NCBI GenBank assembly: GCA_965603725.1 | Contig: CBFDEC010000006.1 | Location: forward strand, 5,997-69,996 | DNA length: 64,000 nt | Direction of reading: 5' to 3' | From: an uncultured bacterium | Lineage (GTDB): Bacteria > Zixibacteria > MSB-5A5 > UBA10806 > 4484-95 | Shown here: positions 16,189 to 25,343 of the stretch, piece after piece | How positions within the stretch are numbered: position 1 is the first letter of the stretch | How the letters are laid out: every line of letters starts with the position of its first letter | Notes under the pieces: generated by a model | Databases searched by the model: none | Told to the model about the DNA's origin: nothing | What the model saw: only the letters and a program-made list of their open reading frames with translations | Made by a program: the position numbers and the translations under genes

Positions 16189-17679
16189 ATGTTTAAAAAG
16201 ATACTCGTTGCCAACAGGGGAGAGATAGCGGTCCGAATAATCAGGGCTTGCCGTGATATCGGAGTAAAGTCTGTGGCTATTTTTTCTGATGCCGACAAAT
16301 TTGCTCAGCATGTGCGTCTGGCTGACGAGGCTTATAATGCAGGACCGCCGCTTTCAGCTCAATCATACCTTGATATTAAAAAGATAATTGATATCGCCTG
16401 TGAATCGAAGGCCGAAGCTATCCATCCTGGTTATGGGTTTTTAGCGGAAAATCCTGTTTTTGCCATTGAAACGGCAAAAGCCAGCCTGGAATTTATTGGA
16501 CCTACACCCAAAGCCATTAAAATGATGGGCGATAAGATGGCGGCGCGTAAAACCATGATAAAATCCGGCGTGCCCATTGTTCCCGGGACTGAATCACCGG
16601 TTGAGAGTGAAAAAGAATCATTAAAAATAGCCCGCGATATCGGTTTCCCGATTCTTGTTAAAGCGGCGGCTGGCGGCGGCGGCAAGGGGATGCGTATCGT
16701 AAACAGCGCCAATGAGCTGAAGTCGGCCTTGCGTGGAGCGGCCAGCGAGGCTAAAACCGCATTTGGCGATGACCGGATTTATATCGAGAAATATCTGGCT
16801 CAACCGCGACATATTGAAATACAGGTAATAGCTGATAAACATGGCAATTATGTCTATCTCGGCGAGCGTGAATGTTCAATCCAACGCCGTCATCAAAAGG
16901 TAATAGAGGAGGCGCCCAGCCCTGTAGTGGATAGCGCTCTCAGGGAAAAGATGGGAAAAGCGGCCATGGCGGCGGCTAAAGCCTGCAATTATACTAATGC
17001 CGGAACAGTAGAATTTTTGGTTGATGCAGACATGAAATTTTATTTTCTGGAAATGAATACCCGACTCCAGGTGGAACATCCGGTAACCGAAATGATTACC
17101 GGCCGCGATTTAGCCGTTGAGCAGATCAGAATCGCCGCCAACGAGAAACTGTCTTTCAATCAGCAGGATATTTCTATAAGCGGCCATTCCATAGAATGCC
17201 GGATTTATGCCGAGGATCCGGTCGATTTTCTTCCGGCTACCGGTATCATACATCATTACAGGGAACCGGCAGGACCGGGGGTACGAGTTGATTCAGGCGT
17301 TTATGAGGGAGCCGAAATATCTGTCTATTACGATCCTCTTATAGCCAAGCTTATCACTCATGGTGAAAACAGAAAACAGGCAATCGCCCGGATGAGACGC
17401 GCCCTTGATGAATATCTTATCACTGGAGTTACTACAAATATCAGTTTTCATAAAAAGATACTCGATCATCCGGCGTTTTTAGAAGGTAAGCTTTCAACTC
17501 ATTTTATTGACGAATACTATGACCGGCTGGATGAATTATCCGACGAGCAGCGCCTGGCAATTGCAGTAGTCGCGGCCCTGGATAACCATCGACGCAATAA
17601 TTTGTCTGTTTCATTTAAAAAAAGCGCTAATAATAACTGGAAACAAAGCGCCCGACCTGGAAATATAAGCAGTCTATGA
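16189..17679 (+). CDS. accC: Biotin carboxylase subunit of acyl-CoA carboxylase
   Basis: MFKKILVANRGEIAVRIIRACRDIGVKSVAIFSDAD...; ATP-grasp glycine loop GGGGKGMR; 496 aa. Confidence 0.92.
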   Translation: MFKKILVANRGEIAVRIIRACRDIGVKSVAIFSDADKFAQHVRLADEAYNAGPPLSAQSYLDIKKIIDIACESKAEAIHPGYGFLAENPVFAIETAKASLEFIGPTPKAIKMMGDKMAARKTMIKSGVPIVPGTESPVESEKESLKIARDIGFPILVKAAAGGGGKGMRIVNSANELKSALRGAASEAKTAFGDDRIYIEKYLAQPRHIEIQVIADKHGNYVYLGERECSIQRRHQKVIEEAPSPVVDSALREKMGKAAMAAAKACNYTNAGTVEFLVDADMKFYFLEMNTRLQVEHPVTEMITGRDLAVEQIRIAANEKLSFNQQDISISGHSIECRIYAEDPVDFLPATGIIHHYREPAGPGVRVDSGVYEGAEISVYYDPLIAKLITHGENRKQAIARMRRALDEYLITGVTTNISFHKKILDHPAFLEGKLSTHFIDEYYDRLDELSDEQRLAIAVVAALDNHRRNNLSVSFKKSANNNWKQSARPGNISSL

Positions 17680-17711
17680 AACAATGAGTTAATGCATGGG
17701 ATAAATAAAAA

Positions 17712-18218
17712 ATGATTTACAATGTAAAAGTTGATGATAGAGATTATAAGCTTGAAATAGTCGATGGGCCCAAGAAGCTTGAAATTAAGATTGATGGTCG
17801 AGTAATAAAAATTGATAATTACAATGTCAACGCTGGCAGGCTTACGACTCTTCTAAAAGATAACTGCCCGTATGAATTTGAGATTTCTAAAGATGAGTCT
17901 GCTTACGATTGCTGGTTTTCCTCGAGGATGTCTCGTTGCGAGGTAATAAGCGAAAAGCAAGCCCGTTATGCAAAACTTATGGGCGGCAGTGTAGGTCTTG
18001 GAAAGGCTCGGGCGCTTAAAGCCCCTATGCCAGGTCTGGTTGTGAAAGTTGAAGTCGAACCAGGTCAGCACGTAAAGAAAGGCGATGGTCTGGTCATTAT
18101 TGAGGCCATGAAAATGGAGAACGAGCTAAAAGCGGCGCATCCCGCAACCATAAAGGAAATAAAAATCAAAGCTGGTCAGACTGTGGAAAAAAACCAGGCG
18201 CTGATTGAGTTTGTTTAG
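17712..18218 (+). CDS. Biotin carboxyl carrier protein / biotinyl-domain subunit
   Basis: C-terminal biotinyl domain with the EAMKMENEL biotin-attachment motif. 168 aa, immediately downstream of accC. Confidence 0.85.
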   Translation: MIYNVKVDDRDYKLEIVDGPKKLEIKIDGRVIKIDNYNVNAGRLTTLLKDNCPYEFEISKDESAYDCWFSSRMSRCEVISEKQARYAKLMGGSVGLGKARALKAPMPGLVVKVEVEPGQHVKKGDGLVIIEAMKMENELKAAHPATIKEIKIKAGQTVEKNQALIEFV

Positions 18219-18247
18219 CTGCCCCAATTATAAAGATACTGAAATCT

Positions 18248-18282
18248 AAAGCCGTTGGATTGTAAATCCAGCGGCTTTTATA
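18248..18282. terminator. Bidirectional terminator hairpin between convergent genes
   Basis: AAAGCCGTTGGAT-TGTAA-ATCCAGCGGCTTT, a 13-bp stem with one G:U pair, then TTTTAT on the plus strand, and flanked by an A-run as read on the minus strand. Confidence 0.55.
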
Positions 18283-18307
18283 ATAGATGATGATTCTTTA
18301 TTTTATT

Positions 18308-20041
18308 TTACTTTAGCAATGTTACATTTATTGAAGATACATATTCTTTGCTACGAACGCTTATGAAATAAACTCCGCTTGGGACAGGTTGACCAAGGTC
18401 ATCCGTACCATTCCAGATAAAGTCATAAGAATTCATGTTGTTGTCACAGATAATATCAGATTTAACCAGGCGACCGAGTATGTTATATATTTTAAGACTA
18501 TACTGATTTGTTGACTCCCCGGTAAAGGATATTTTTACAGAGCTGTTAAAAGGGTTGGGATAAGCTTCGATTGATAGATAATTTTCAGGAAGTTGAGTCT
18601 TTGATTCAATTATTGAAACTGTGGTTGTATCTTCATAAATTGAAATCTGTTGTCCAGGAATGATGCCAGATGTGTCTACTATAAAGAGCGAATTGAAAGT
18701 TATAATAGCTCTTAGTTCTTCAAAGTTTCCTGTACCAAAATGTAAAATAGGTTCATCAAAGGAAAACATTGATGAATGGCTGACCATCTGACGCTTGCCG
18801 ATATAAATAGTATCGGGAGGGTCATTGAGTATGCCATACAAGTCAACAATTGCACCTAAAGCAAGCGTGTTTGGATATAACCCGATAAGTTTTATTCTTA
18901 GAAATGAGTTATTTTGATTTTGATTAATATAAATTTGATTTTGCTGATCATCGCAGTTAGCCATTACAATATCAAGTTGACCATCATTATTCAAATCACC
19001 CGTTGCGCAGCCAAAACCATTTAAGTAGTCAACAACGCCGGCTTCATAACTATAATCTTCAAAAATACCCAGTCCATTATTTAAAAGAATCATGTTATAA
19101 TCAGTTGCCCTGTTTATGAAAAGATCTATATCGCCATCATTGTCATAATCAGCAAAATTAGCTCCCCGAGTAAAGTCTCCATAATCAGTATTTGATTGTG
19201 TACTAATATTAGTAAAATAACCTGTGCCATCGTTTTCCCACATTGAATTCTCAATACTTGAGGTCATATATAGATCAAAATCACCATCATTGTCTATATC
19301 TCCAAAGCAAGCGCCTCCGCCTGATGGGAAACCACCTTCATTTGTATTGAAAGAGATATCAATGAAGGTCGTATCTCCGTTGTTTCGAAATAGTCTTCCT
19401 CCATCAGCGTGCCAATTACCTGCAACGAAAAGGTCATCATCGTTATCACCATCCATATCAAAGAATAACGGACAATGCAGATTTGCAATTGTTTCAAATC
19501 CCGAGCCTTCGGTTATATCAATAAAAGTCTGTCCTACACGGACCATAAGATTTCCTCCGCATAGAACAGCTAATTCAGATTCAGGTGTAAATTGAAAAAA
19601 GATTGAACCCATTTCATCTACCTCGGCAAGGTTGTAGCTTTCAGCTTCATCTGAAAATGGCGGGTGACCCTGATTTATGTAAAGATGTCCATGATTCCCA
19701 TAGTATGGTTCACCTGTTATGTAAATATCAGGTAAATAATCCTTATCTACATCGGTAAGAGCAATGGAATGATGACCATTTGCATACTGAGATAATTCAT
19801 ATTCATATCCCATATCGATATATAATGAATCATACCATATATAAAGACGGTCAGCTCCATTATGGTTAGCAATGATAATTTCATTTACCATGTCATTATT
19901 TAAGTCAATTATACCAACTCCACAACTAAATTGTGCCTCTGTTACATTTAACTCATTAGCCATTTGCAGAAATGTAACCTGGCAGAAAGCTGAACACACT
20001 ATCGTTAGAAGTGCTATTATTATAATAATTATAGCTCTCAT
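18308..20041 (-). CDS. FG-GAP/VCBS-repeat (integrin-alpha-like) secreted protein with T9SS C-terminal sorting domain
   Basis: Signal peptide. Repeated Ca-binding-like D.DNDGD.DL motifs (DIDNDGDFDLY, DYDNDGDIDLF, DLNNDGQLDIV). C-terminus YPNPFNSSVKISF...INVTLLK. Confidence 0.8.
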   Translation of the reverse strand: MRAIIIIIIALLTIVCSAFCQVTFLQMANELNVTEAQFSCGVGIIDLNNDMVNEIIIANHNGADRLYIWYDSLYIDMGYEYELSQYANGHHSIALTDVDKDYLPDIYITGEPYYGNHGHLYINQGHPPFSDEAESYNLAEVDEMGSIFFQFTPESELAVLCGGNLMVRVGQTFIDITEGSGFETIANLHCPLFFDMDGDNDDDLFVAGNWHADGGRLFRNNGDTTFIDISFNTNEGGFPSGGGACFGDIDNDGDFDLYMTSSIENSMWENDGTGYFTNISTQSNTDYGDFTRGANFADYDNDGDIDLFINRATDYNMILLNNGLGIFEDYSYEAGVVDYLNGFGCATGDLNNDGQLDIVMANCDDQQNQIYINQNQNNSFLRIKLIGLYPNTLALGAIVDLYGILNDPPDTIYIGKRQMVSHSSMFSFDEPILHFGTGNFEELRAIITFNSLFIVDTSGIIPGQQISIYEDTTTVSIIESKTQLPENYLSIEAYPNPFNSSVKISFTGESTNQYSLKIYNILGRLVKSDIICDNNMNSYDFIWNGTDDLGQPVPSGVYFISVRSKEYVSSINVTLLK

Positions 20042-20306
20042 GATACACTTCCTAAATTATGGTGAAATATTAATCAATCTATGGTAATATAGATAATTGA
20101 AACACGAAAATGTCAAGTAAAATCGATATTTTTCTCAAACTATCGAAAAATTCTGAAATATTATGTATTTAACTCAAAATCGCTTCCGCCGCTTTTTTTA
20201 ACTCCGGCATCACTTTATTCTTTGTTTTTTCTTATTTTTAATTATATTATATAGAGTATTAATGATCTGGAGTATTGGTCTATAATTTGAGAAGGCGATC
20301 GATAAA

Positions 20307-20714
20307 TTGAAAGTTTTGGGCGTGGATCATATCGGTATTGCTGTCAGCAACATAGCAAAGGCAATGAATTTTTACAGTAACGGCCTCGGTCTTAAACTTG
20401 GCGGGATTGAGGAAATAAAAGACAGGCAATTGCGAGTTGGATTTATCGATATTGGGTCTGCAAAAATCGAACTTATAGAGCCGACCTCTGATGATTCCAC
20501 GGTTGCTGAATTTATCTCCAGAAGGGGGGAAGGAATTCATCATATATGTTTTAGGGTCGACAATCTTGCCAAAGCTTTACAGCATATGAAAAACAAGGGA
20601 TTTGATTTAATCGATAACAAGCCGCGGAATGGCGCCGGTGGGTCCAGAATCGCTTTTGTCCACCCTAAATCGGCCGCGGGCGTTTTAATAGAATTAAAAG
20701 AACTACCAAAATGA
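20307..20714 (+). CDS. Methylmalonyl-CoA epimerase (VOC/glyoxalase family)
   Basis: MKVLGVDHIGIAVSNIAKAMNFY...GEGIHHICFRVDNL matches the epimerase family. 135 aa. Confidence 0.8.
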   Translation: MKVLGVDHIGIAVSNIAKAMNFYSNGLGLKLGGIEEIKDRQLRVGFIDIGSAKIELIEPTSDDSTVAEFISRRGEGIHHICFRVDNLAKALQHMKNKGFDLIDNKPRNGAGGSRIAFVHPKSAAGVLIELKELPK

Positions 20715-20727
20715 AAGGTGAATTAAA

Positions 20728-22236
20728 ATGAGAAACAAAGTATTAATCTCGACTTTAAGCATTATCATTCTGGCATCTGTGTCAGCCTTGGCGCAACAAT
20801 CGTTATTCGAGGGCTGTTCATCGGCCGGAGTACTCGACGATCCGGTTATGTTCAACTGTGATTTTTATAATCCTATCGGATTACCCGGCGTTGAGGTCGA
20901 ATGTCATTACCGGGGACAGTCTGATAATGAATTTACCGATCTTATCATGGAGCTTATGAATGAATATCCGCACTACCTGTTCACCTATGAAGCCCAGGCA
21001 GAGTTCTACGAGAACCCCGATGTGCTCGAATATTATTTCAGCGGCGGAACCGATACATTAAAGGCTACTCAATCGCCAAAAATACTCAGCGATCAATTCC
21101 CGCCTCCGGAATATATGTATGCGCCTTTCGCAGCGGATGCCCTTGGCGACACAACCGAGGGATCAGCGGGCGGATGGCTCGATTTAGCCGGCAGCGGTAT
21201 GACATACTCCGATACAAGAGTGTACGGCTATCTGGAAAACGCTACAAACACATGGCCTTCAAACCAGGGATTGGATATATTTATGTATGCCCTTGGTTTT
21301 ATTTCCTTGAGCAGCCTGGATTCTTCAATATATGCCATGGCTTATGTCGACATCCCTCCTTTTTTTACTCCGGGTCTTTATAAACTAACCATAATCGATT
21401 CCTCATTTGAATATGTCAGGCTGGGTGATATTGATTATGCAATCGAAAACGGACTTTTGCACATGGCCTGTGATCTCGAAACCTTTGAAAACGATCCTGA
21501 CTGGCCGGGCTGGCCGCCGGAGGGATTTATTATTTCAATCGGGGGAAGCGTGACTATAGGATTTGATATACAGACCATTAACGATTTCACATACCCGACA
21601 TTTTACGAGCCTGTTACCCAGTTTACCGATTTTAACAGCAATAATTCCCCGGAAATATTTGATTATGACATCGAAGTTGTGCCAGGCGTTTCCGTAACTG
21701 CCACGATTAATTATTATGATCCGGATAACAACCTTCCGACTGAACGTAGTCTGTTTTTTAATTATGGCTTTTACCCTATGGGCAGTATGGATCATACCTA
21801 CTCCGACACCTCCGAGTTTGAGGTTACTCTGGCATGGCCGGGAGAGGGCTGGAGTTACTATTATTTCAGGTATTCGGACGGTCTTGATATGGTAACTACT
21901 CCGACGGATTCAATATATTTAACACCTATCGGCATTGAGGATGATCAATCATTACCCCGGCAGTTTACCCTCTATCAAAATTATCCTAACCCGTTTAACG
22001 CTTCAACCACAATCAGCTTTGTTCTTGCAGACAAATCAGAAATCGATCTCACCGTTTATGATATAACCGGTCGCTTGGTGAGAAATATCCACAGCGGAAT
22101 CATAAGCCCAGGTGAGCATTCGTTCATCTGGGATGGCAGGAGCAATCAAGGCAAGCAGTTATCATCGGGCGTCTATTTCTATAAATTGCAGACCGGTTCC
22201 AATCAGGATTATAAAAAGATGATTTTGCTAAAATGA
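20728..22236 (+). CDS. Secreted protein of unknown function with T9SS C-terminal sorting domain
   Basis: Signal peptide (LSIIILASVSALA). C-terminus YPNPFNASTTISFVL...GVYFYKLQTG...KKMILLK. Confidence 0.7.
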   Translation: MRNKVLISTLSIIILASVSALAQQSLFEGCSSAGVLDDPVMFNCDFYNPIGLPGVEVECHYRGQSDNEFTDLIMELMNEYPHYLFTYEAQAEFYENPDVLEYYFSGGTDTLKATQSPKILSDQFPPPEYMYAPFAADALGDTTEGSAGGWLDLAGSGMTYSDTRVYGYLENATNTWPSNQGLDIFMYALGFISLSSLDSSIYAMAYVDIPPFFTPGLYKLTIIDSSFEYVRLGDIDYAIENGLLHMACDLETFENDPDWPGWPPEGFIISIGGSVTIGFDIQTINDFTYPTFYEPVTQFTDFNSNNSPEIFDYDIEVVPGVSVTATINYYDPDNNLPTERSLFFNYGFYPMGSMDHTYSDTSEFEVTLAWPGEGWSYYYFRYSDGLDMVTTPTDSIYLTPIGIEDDQSLPRQFTLYQNYPNPFNASTTISFVLADKSEIDLTVYDITGRLVRNIHSGIISPGEHSFIWDGRSNQGKQLSSGVYFYKLQTGSNQDYKKMILLK

Positions 22237-22483
22237 TTTCAGTTGGCGCACGGGGACGTACGCCAACCACAAAAATATATCAACGAATTGATATTTCTAA
22301 AAAGTGGAAATCTCGGAGGCCCGTCTGGCGATGGTTTCTCAAAAAATCGGGGAAACTTCCACACTAACAGGCGGGACTTTCCAGTCCCGCAGGCAGGCTG
22401 GAAAGTCCTGCCCTATTAAGTTAGTTTTTTTTGATTAAATCTGTGGTTTAAAAAATATCTGGTGAACTCCTGCAAATTTCTAC

Positions 22484-22512
22484 TTGACAAACTGGTTTTA
22501 TCACATTAATAA
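22484..22512 (+). promoter_or_regulatory. Sigma70-like promoter TTGACA-17-TAATAA of the pyr operon
   Basis: TTGACA at 22484-22489, a 17-nt spacer, TAATAA at 22507-22512. Confidence 0.45.
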
Positions 22513-22574
22513 AAGACTTTCAGAATGAAGTCGGTTTGCAAAATATCTTTATCCGCCCAGGGCGGATTTTTTTT
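22513..22574 (+). promoter_or_regulatory. PyrR-dependent transcription attenuator: binding-loop-like segment plus intrinsic terminator
   Basis: AGACUUUCAGAAUGAAGUCGGUUUGCAA resembles the PyrR binding-loop consensus (..UCCAGAGAGGCU..GCAA). It is followed by ATCCGCCC-A-GGGCGGAT plus T8 at 22551-22574, directly upstream of the pyrR RBS GGAGAA. Confidence 0.6.
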
Positions 22575-22584
22575 GGAGAAATAA

Positions 22585-23136
22585 ATGTCTGATACCAAGA
22601 TAATGGATGCCAAGGGAATCAGAAGGTCGATAAACCGCATAGCCCATGAGATTATCGAGCATAACGGCGGCGCTGAAAATATGGTTATTGTCGGCATCCG
22701 CACACGCGGCGCTTTTCTGGCTGAACGTCTGGCGAAAGCAATCAAACGTATAGAGAAAGTCGCCCTGCCGGTTGGAGCGGTGGATATCACGATGTACCGT
22801 GATGATGTCACAATCCGACTGGATCAGCCGATTATCCAGAAAACCAACCTGCCCTTTTCTATCGACGACAAGCTGGTTATCCTTGTTGACGATGTTCTCT
22901 ATACCGGTCGGACTGTACGAGCCGCTTTAAACGGGCTTACCGATTACGGGCGCTCCCGCTGTATACAACTGGCGGTACTTATTGACCGCGGCCACCGTGA
23001 ATTGCCAATCAGAGCCGATTATGTCGCTATCGAGCTGCAGACGTTCCGCGATGAAAATGTTATCGTGAGATTGAAAGAATATGATAAAGAGGATTGCGTA
23101 ATTCTTCAGCAAACTAGCGGAGAACTTAAAAGGTGA
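22585..23136 (+). CDS. pyrR: Bifunctional pyr operon regulator / uracil phosphoribosyltransferase PyrR
   Basis: MSDTKIMDAKGIRRSINRIAHEIIEHNGG...VDDVLYTGRTVRAAL (PRTase motif). 183 aa. Confidence 0.92.
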   Translation: MSDTKIMDAKGIRRSINRIAHEIIEHNGGAENMVIVGIRTRGAFLAERLAKAIKRIEKVALPVGAVDITMYRDDVTIRLDQPIIQKTNLPFSIDDKLVILVDDVLYTGRTVRAALNGLTDYGRSRCIQLAVLIDRGHRELPIRADYVAIELQTFRDENVIVRLKEYDKEDCVILQQTSGELKR

Positions 23137-24065
23137 AATTAAAATCGCCTCATCTTCTTGGGCTTGAGGGTGCAGCAGCCGACGAATTGAACTTGATCTT
23201 AGATACTGCCGTAACCTTAAAAGAGATACTTTCCCGTCCCATAAAAAAAGTTCCCACTTTAAGACATATAACGGTCTTAAACCTGTTCTATGAGCCATCC
23301 ACACGCACCAGGATTTCTTTCGAGCTGGCTGAAAAACGGCTGTCGGCGGATGCCATCGGTTTCGCCAAGGATTCCTCATCGGTTGTGAAAGGAGAGACCC
23401 TTCTGGATACCATCTGGAATATCGAGGCTATGAAGATCGATATGGTGGTTATTCGCCATTCTGTATCCGGCGCTCCGCTGTTTTTATCGCAGAACTGCTC
23501 ATCAAAAATTATCAATGCCGGCGATGGCTGTCATGAGCATCCGACCCAGGGGCTGTTGGATATCTTCACGATGAGAGAAAAGTACGGTAAAATCGATGGG
23601 CTTCGGGTTGCCATTGTCGGCGATATCAAACACTCCCGGGTAGCTCGTTCCAATATCTGGGGCCTGAAAACCCTGGGAGCGAGTGTGGCGGTTTGCGCTC
23701 CCACGACTTTATTGCCGGTCGAAATCGAGAAAATGAGCGTTGATGTTTATACCAATATCGAGGAAGCGCTCGAGGGAGCGGATGTGGTAAATATTTTGCG
23801 TTTGCAAAGGGAAAGGCAATCGGCGGGCCTGCTGCCGTCACTGAGAGAATACAGCAACAGGTTTTGCATAACTAAAGAGCGTCTTAAATATCTAAATAAA
23901 GATTTTACAATCATGCATCCCGGCCCGATGAACCGGGGCGTGGAAATTTCATCAGAGGTCGCCGATGGTCCCTATTCTGTGATTTTGCCCCAGGTGACAA
24001 ACGGCGTGGCCGTACGGATGGCAGTTTTATATCTGTTAAGCGGTGGAGTTGGCAGCATTGAGTGA
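23133..24065 (+). CDS. pyrB: Aspartate carbamoyltransferase catalytic subunit
   Basis: STRTR motif (FYEPSTRTRISFELA) and HPTQ (HEHPTQGLLD). 310 aa. Overlaps the pyrR stop by 4 nt. Confidence 0.93.
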   Translation: MKLKSPHLLGLEGAAADELNLILDTAVTLKEILSRPIKKVPTLRHITVLNLFYEPSTRTRISFELAEKRLSADAIGFAKDSSSVVKGETLLDTIWNIEAMKIDMVVIRHSVSGAPLFLSQNCSSKIINAGDGCHEHPTQGLLDIFTMREKYGKIDGLRVAIVGDIKHSRVARSNIWGLKTLGASVAVCAPTTLLPVEIEKMSVDVYTNIEEALEGADVVNILRLQRERQSAGLLPSLREYSNRFCITKERLKYLNKDFTIMHPGPMNRGVEISSEVADGPYSVILPQVTNGVAVRMAVLYLLSGGVGSIE

Positions 24066-25332
24066 TTTTACCATTACAGGCGGCACAATTGTTGATCCGG
24101 TTAATGATTACTTCGGTCCAGGATCGATTGTTATTGAAAAAGGCAAAATTGTTGAAGTAAAAAGGAAAAAAGCCGGTATAAAAGGCGATATCGACGCCGC
24201 CGGATTGTTAGTCTGTCCAGGTCTGGTGGATATGCATGTTCATTTCCGCGAACCCGGTTTTGAATATAAAGAAACTATATATACCGGCTCTCAAGCCGCT
24301 GCTGTTGGCGGATTCACCTCGGTTGCCTGTATGCCGAATACCGATCCGGCTCTCGACAACCAGGAGGCAATTAAATTTGTTATTCATAAAGCAAAAGATG
24401 CCGTCATTAATGTCTATCCTATCGGCGCCTTAACCAAAGGCCGGAAGGGTGAAGAACTGGCGGAAATGGGCGATATGCATCAAGCTGGAGCGGTGGCTTT
24501 TTCCGATGATGGTTCCGGCGTGCAGAATGGAATCATAATGCGCCGGGCGATGGAATACTGTAAGATGCTGGGTGTACGAGCGATTTCCCATTGCGAATAT
24601 GAAGACATTGCCGATAACGGCGTTATAAATGAGGGATTCATGTCGACTAAGCTGGGCCTTGGCGGCATATCCCGAATTGCCGAGGAGCTGATGATCGCCC
24701 GCGAGATTATGCTAGCTGAATATACTGATTCACCTGTTCATATAGCGCATGTTTCAACAGCCGGCGGGGTTGATTTGATTGGCAAAGCTAAAAAAAGGAA
24801 CGTGCCTGTCACCGCTGAGACCTGCCCTCATTATATTACTTTAACCGACGAAATGCTTGAAAGCTTCAATACCAATTTCAAGGTTTATCCGCCTTTGCGT
24901 ACGAAGAAGGACGTTCAGGCTATTAAAAAGGGGATAGTCGCGGGCGTCATCGATGCTATTGCTACCGATCATGCTCCTCATGCCTATGAGGAAAAAGCCC
25001 TCGAGTTTAACTATGCGCCACCGGGAATGATCGGACTTGAAACAGCGGTCGGCCTTGTCTCAACCGAACTTGTAAGAAAGAATGTATTAGACTGGCTGAA
25101 AGCAATCGAAATTATGTCTGTAAACCCTGCCGGTATCCTTAATATCCCGGCTGGAACATTGAATGTTGGAGCGGTCGCCGATATCGCTATAATCGATCCC
25201 GAGCTTGAATGGACAGTTACCGAGGATGATTTTAAATCGCTTTCGAAGAATTCCCCTTATATCGGCAGAAAATTGATCGGCCGGGTTGTACGGACTATTG
25301 CTGCCGGCAAAACAGTGTTCGAACTCAATTAA
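24043..25332 (+). CDS. pyrC: Dihydroorotase
   Basis: Metal-ligand motif DMHVHFREPG; later DHAPH. 429 aa. Overlaps pyrB by 23 nt. Confidence 0.9.
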   Translation: MELAALSDFTITGGTIVDPVNDYFGPGSIVIEKGKIVEVKRKKAGIKGDIDAAGLLVCPGLVDMHVHFREPGFEYKETIYTGSQAAAVGGFTSVACMPNTDPALDNQEAIKFVIHKAKDAVINVYPIGALTKGRKGEELAEMGDMHQAGAVAFSDDGSGVQNGIIMRRAMEYCKMLGVRAISHCEYEDIADNGVINEGFMSTKLGLGGISRIAEELMIAREIMLAEYTDSPVHIAHVSTAGGVDLIGKAKKRNVPVTAETCPHYITLTDEMLESFNTNFKVYPPLRTKKDVQAIKKGIVAGVIDAIATDHAPHAYEEKALEFNYAPPGMIGLETAVGLVSTELVRKNVLDWLKAIEIMSVNPAGILNIPAGTLNVGAVADIAIIDPELEWTVTEDDFKSLSKNSPYIGRKLIGRVVRTIAAGKTVFELN

Positions 25333-25343
25333 GACAAAGCCAA

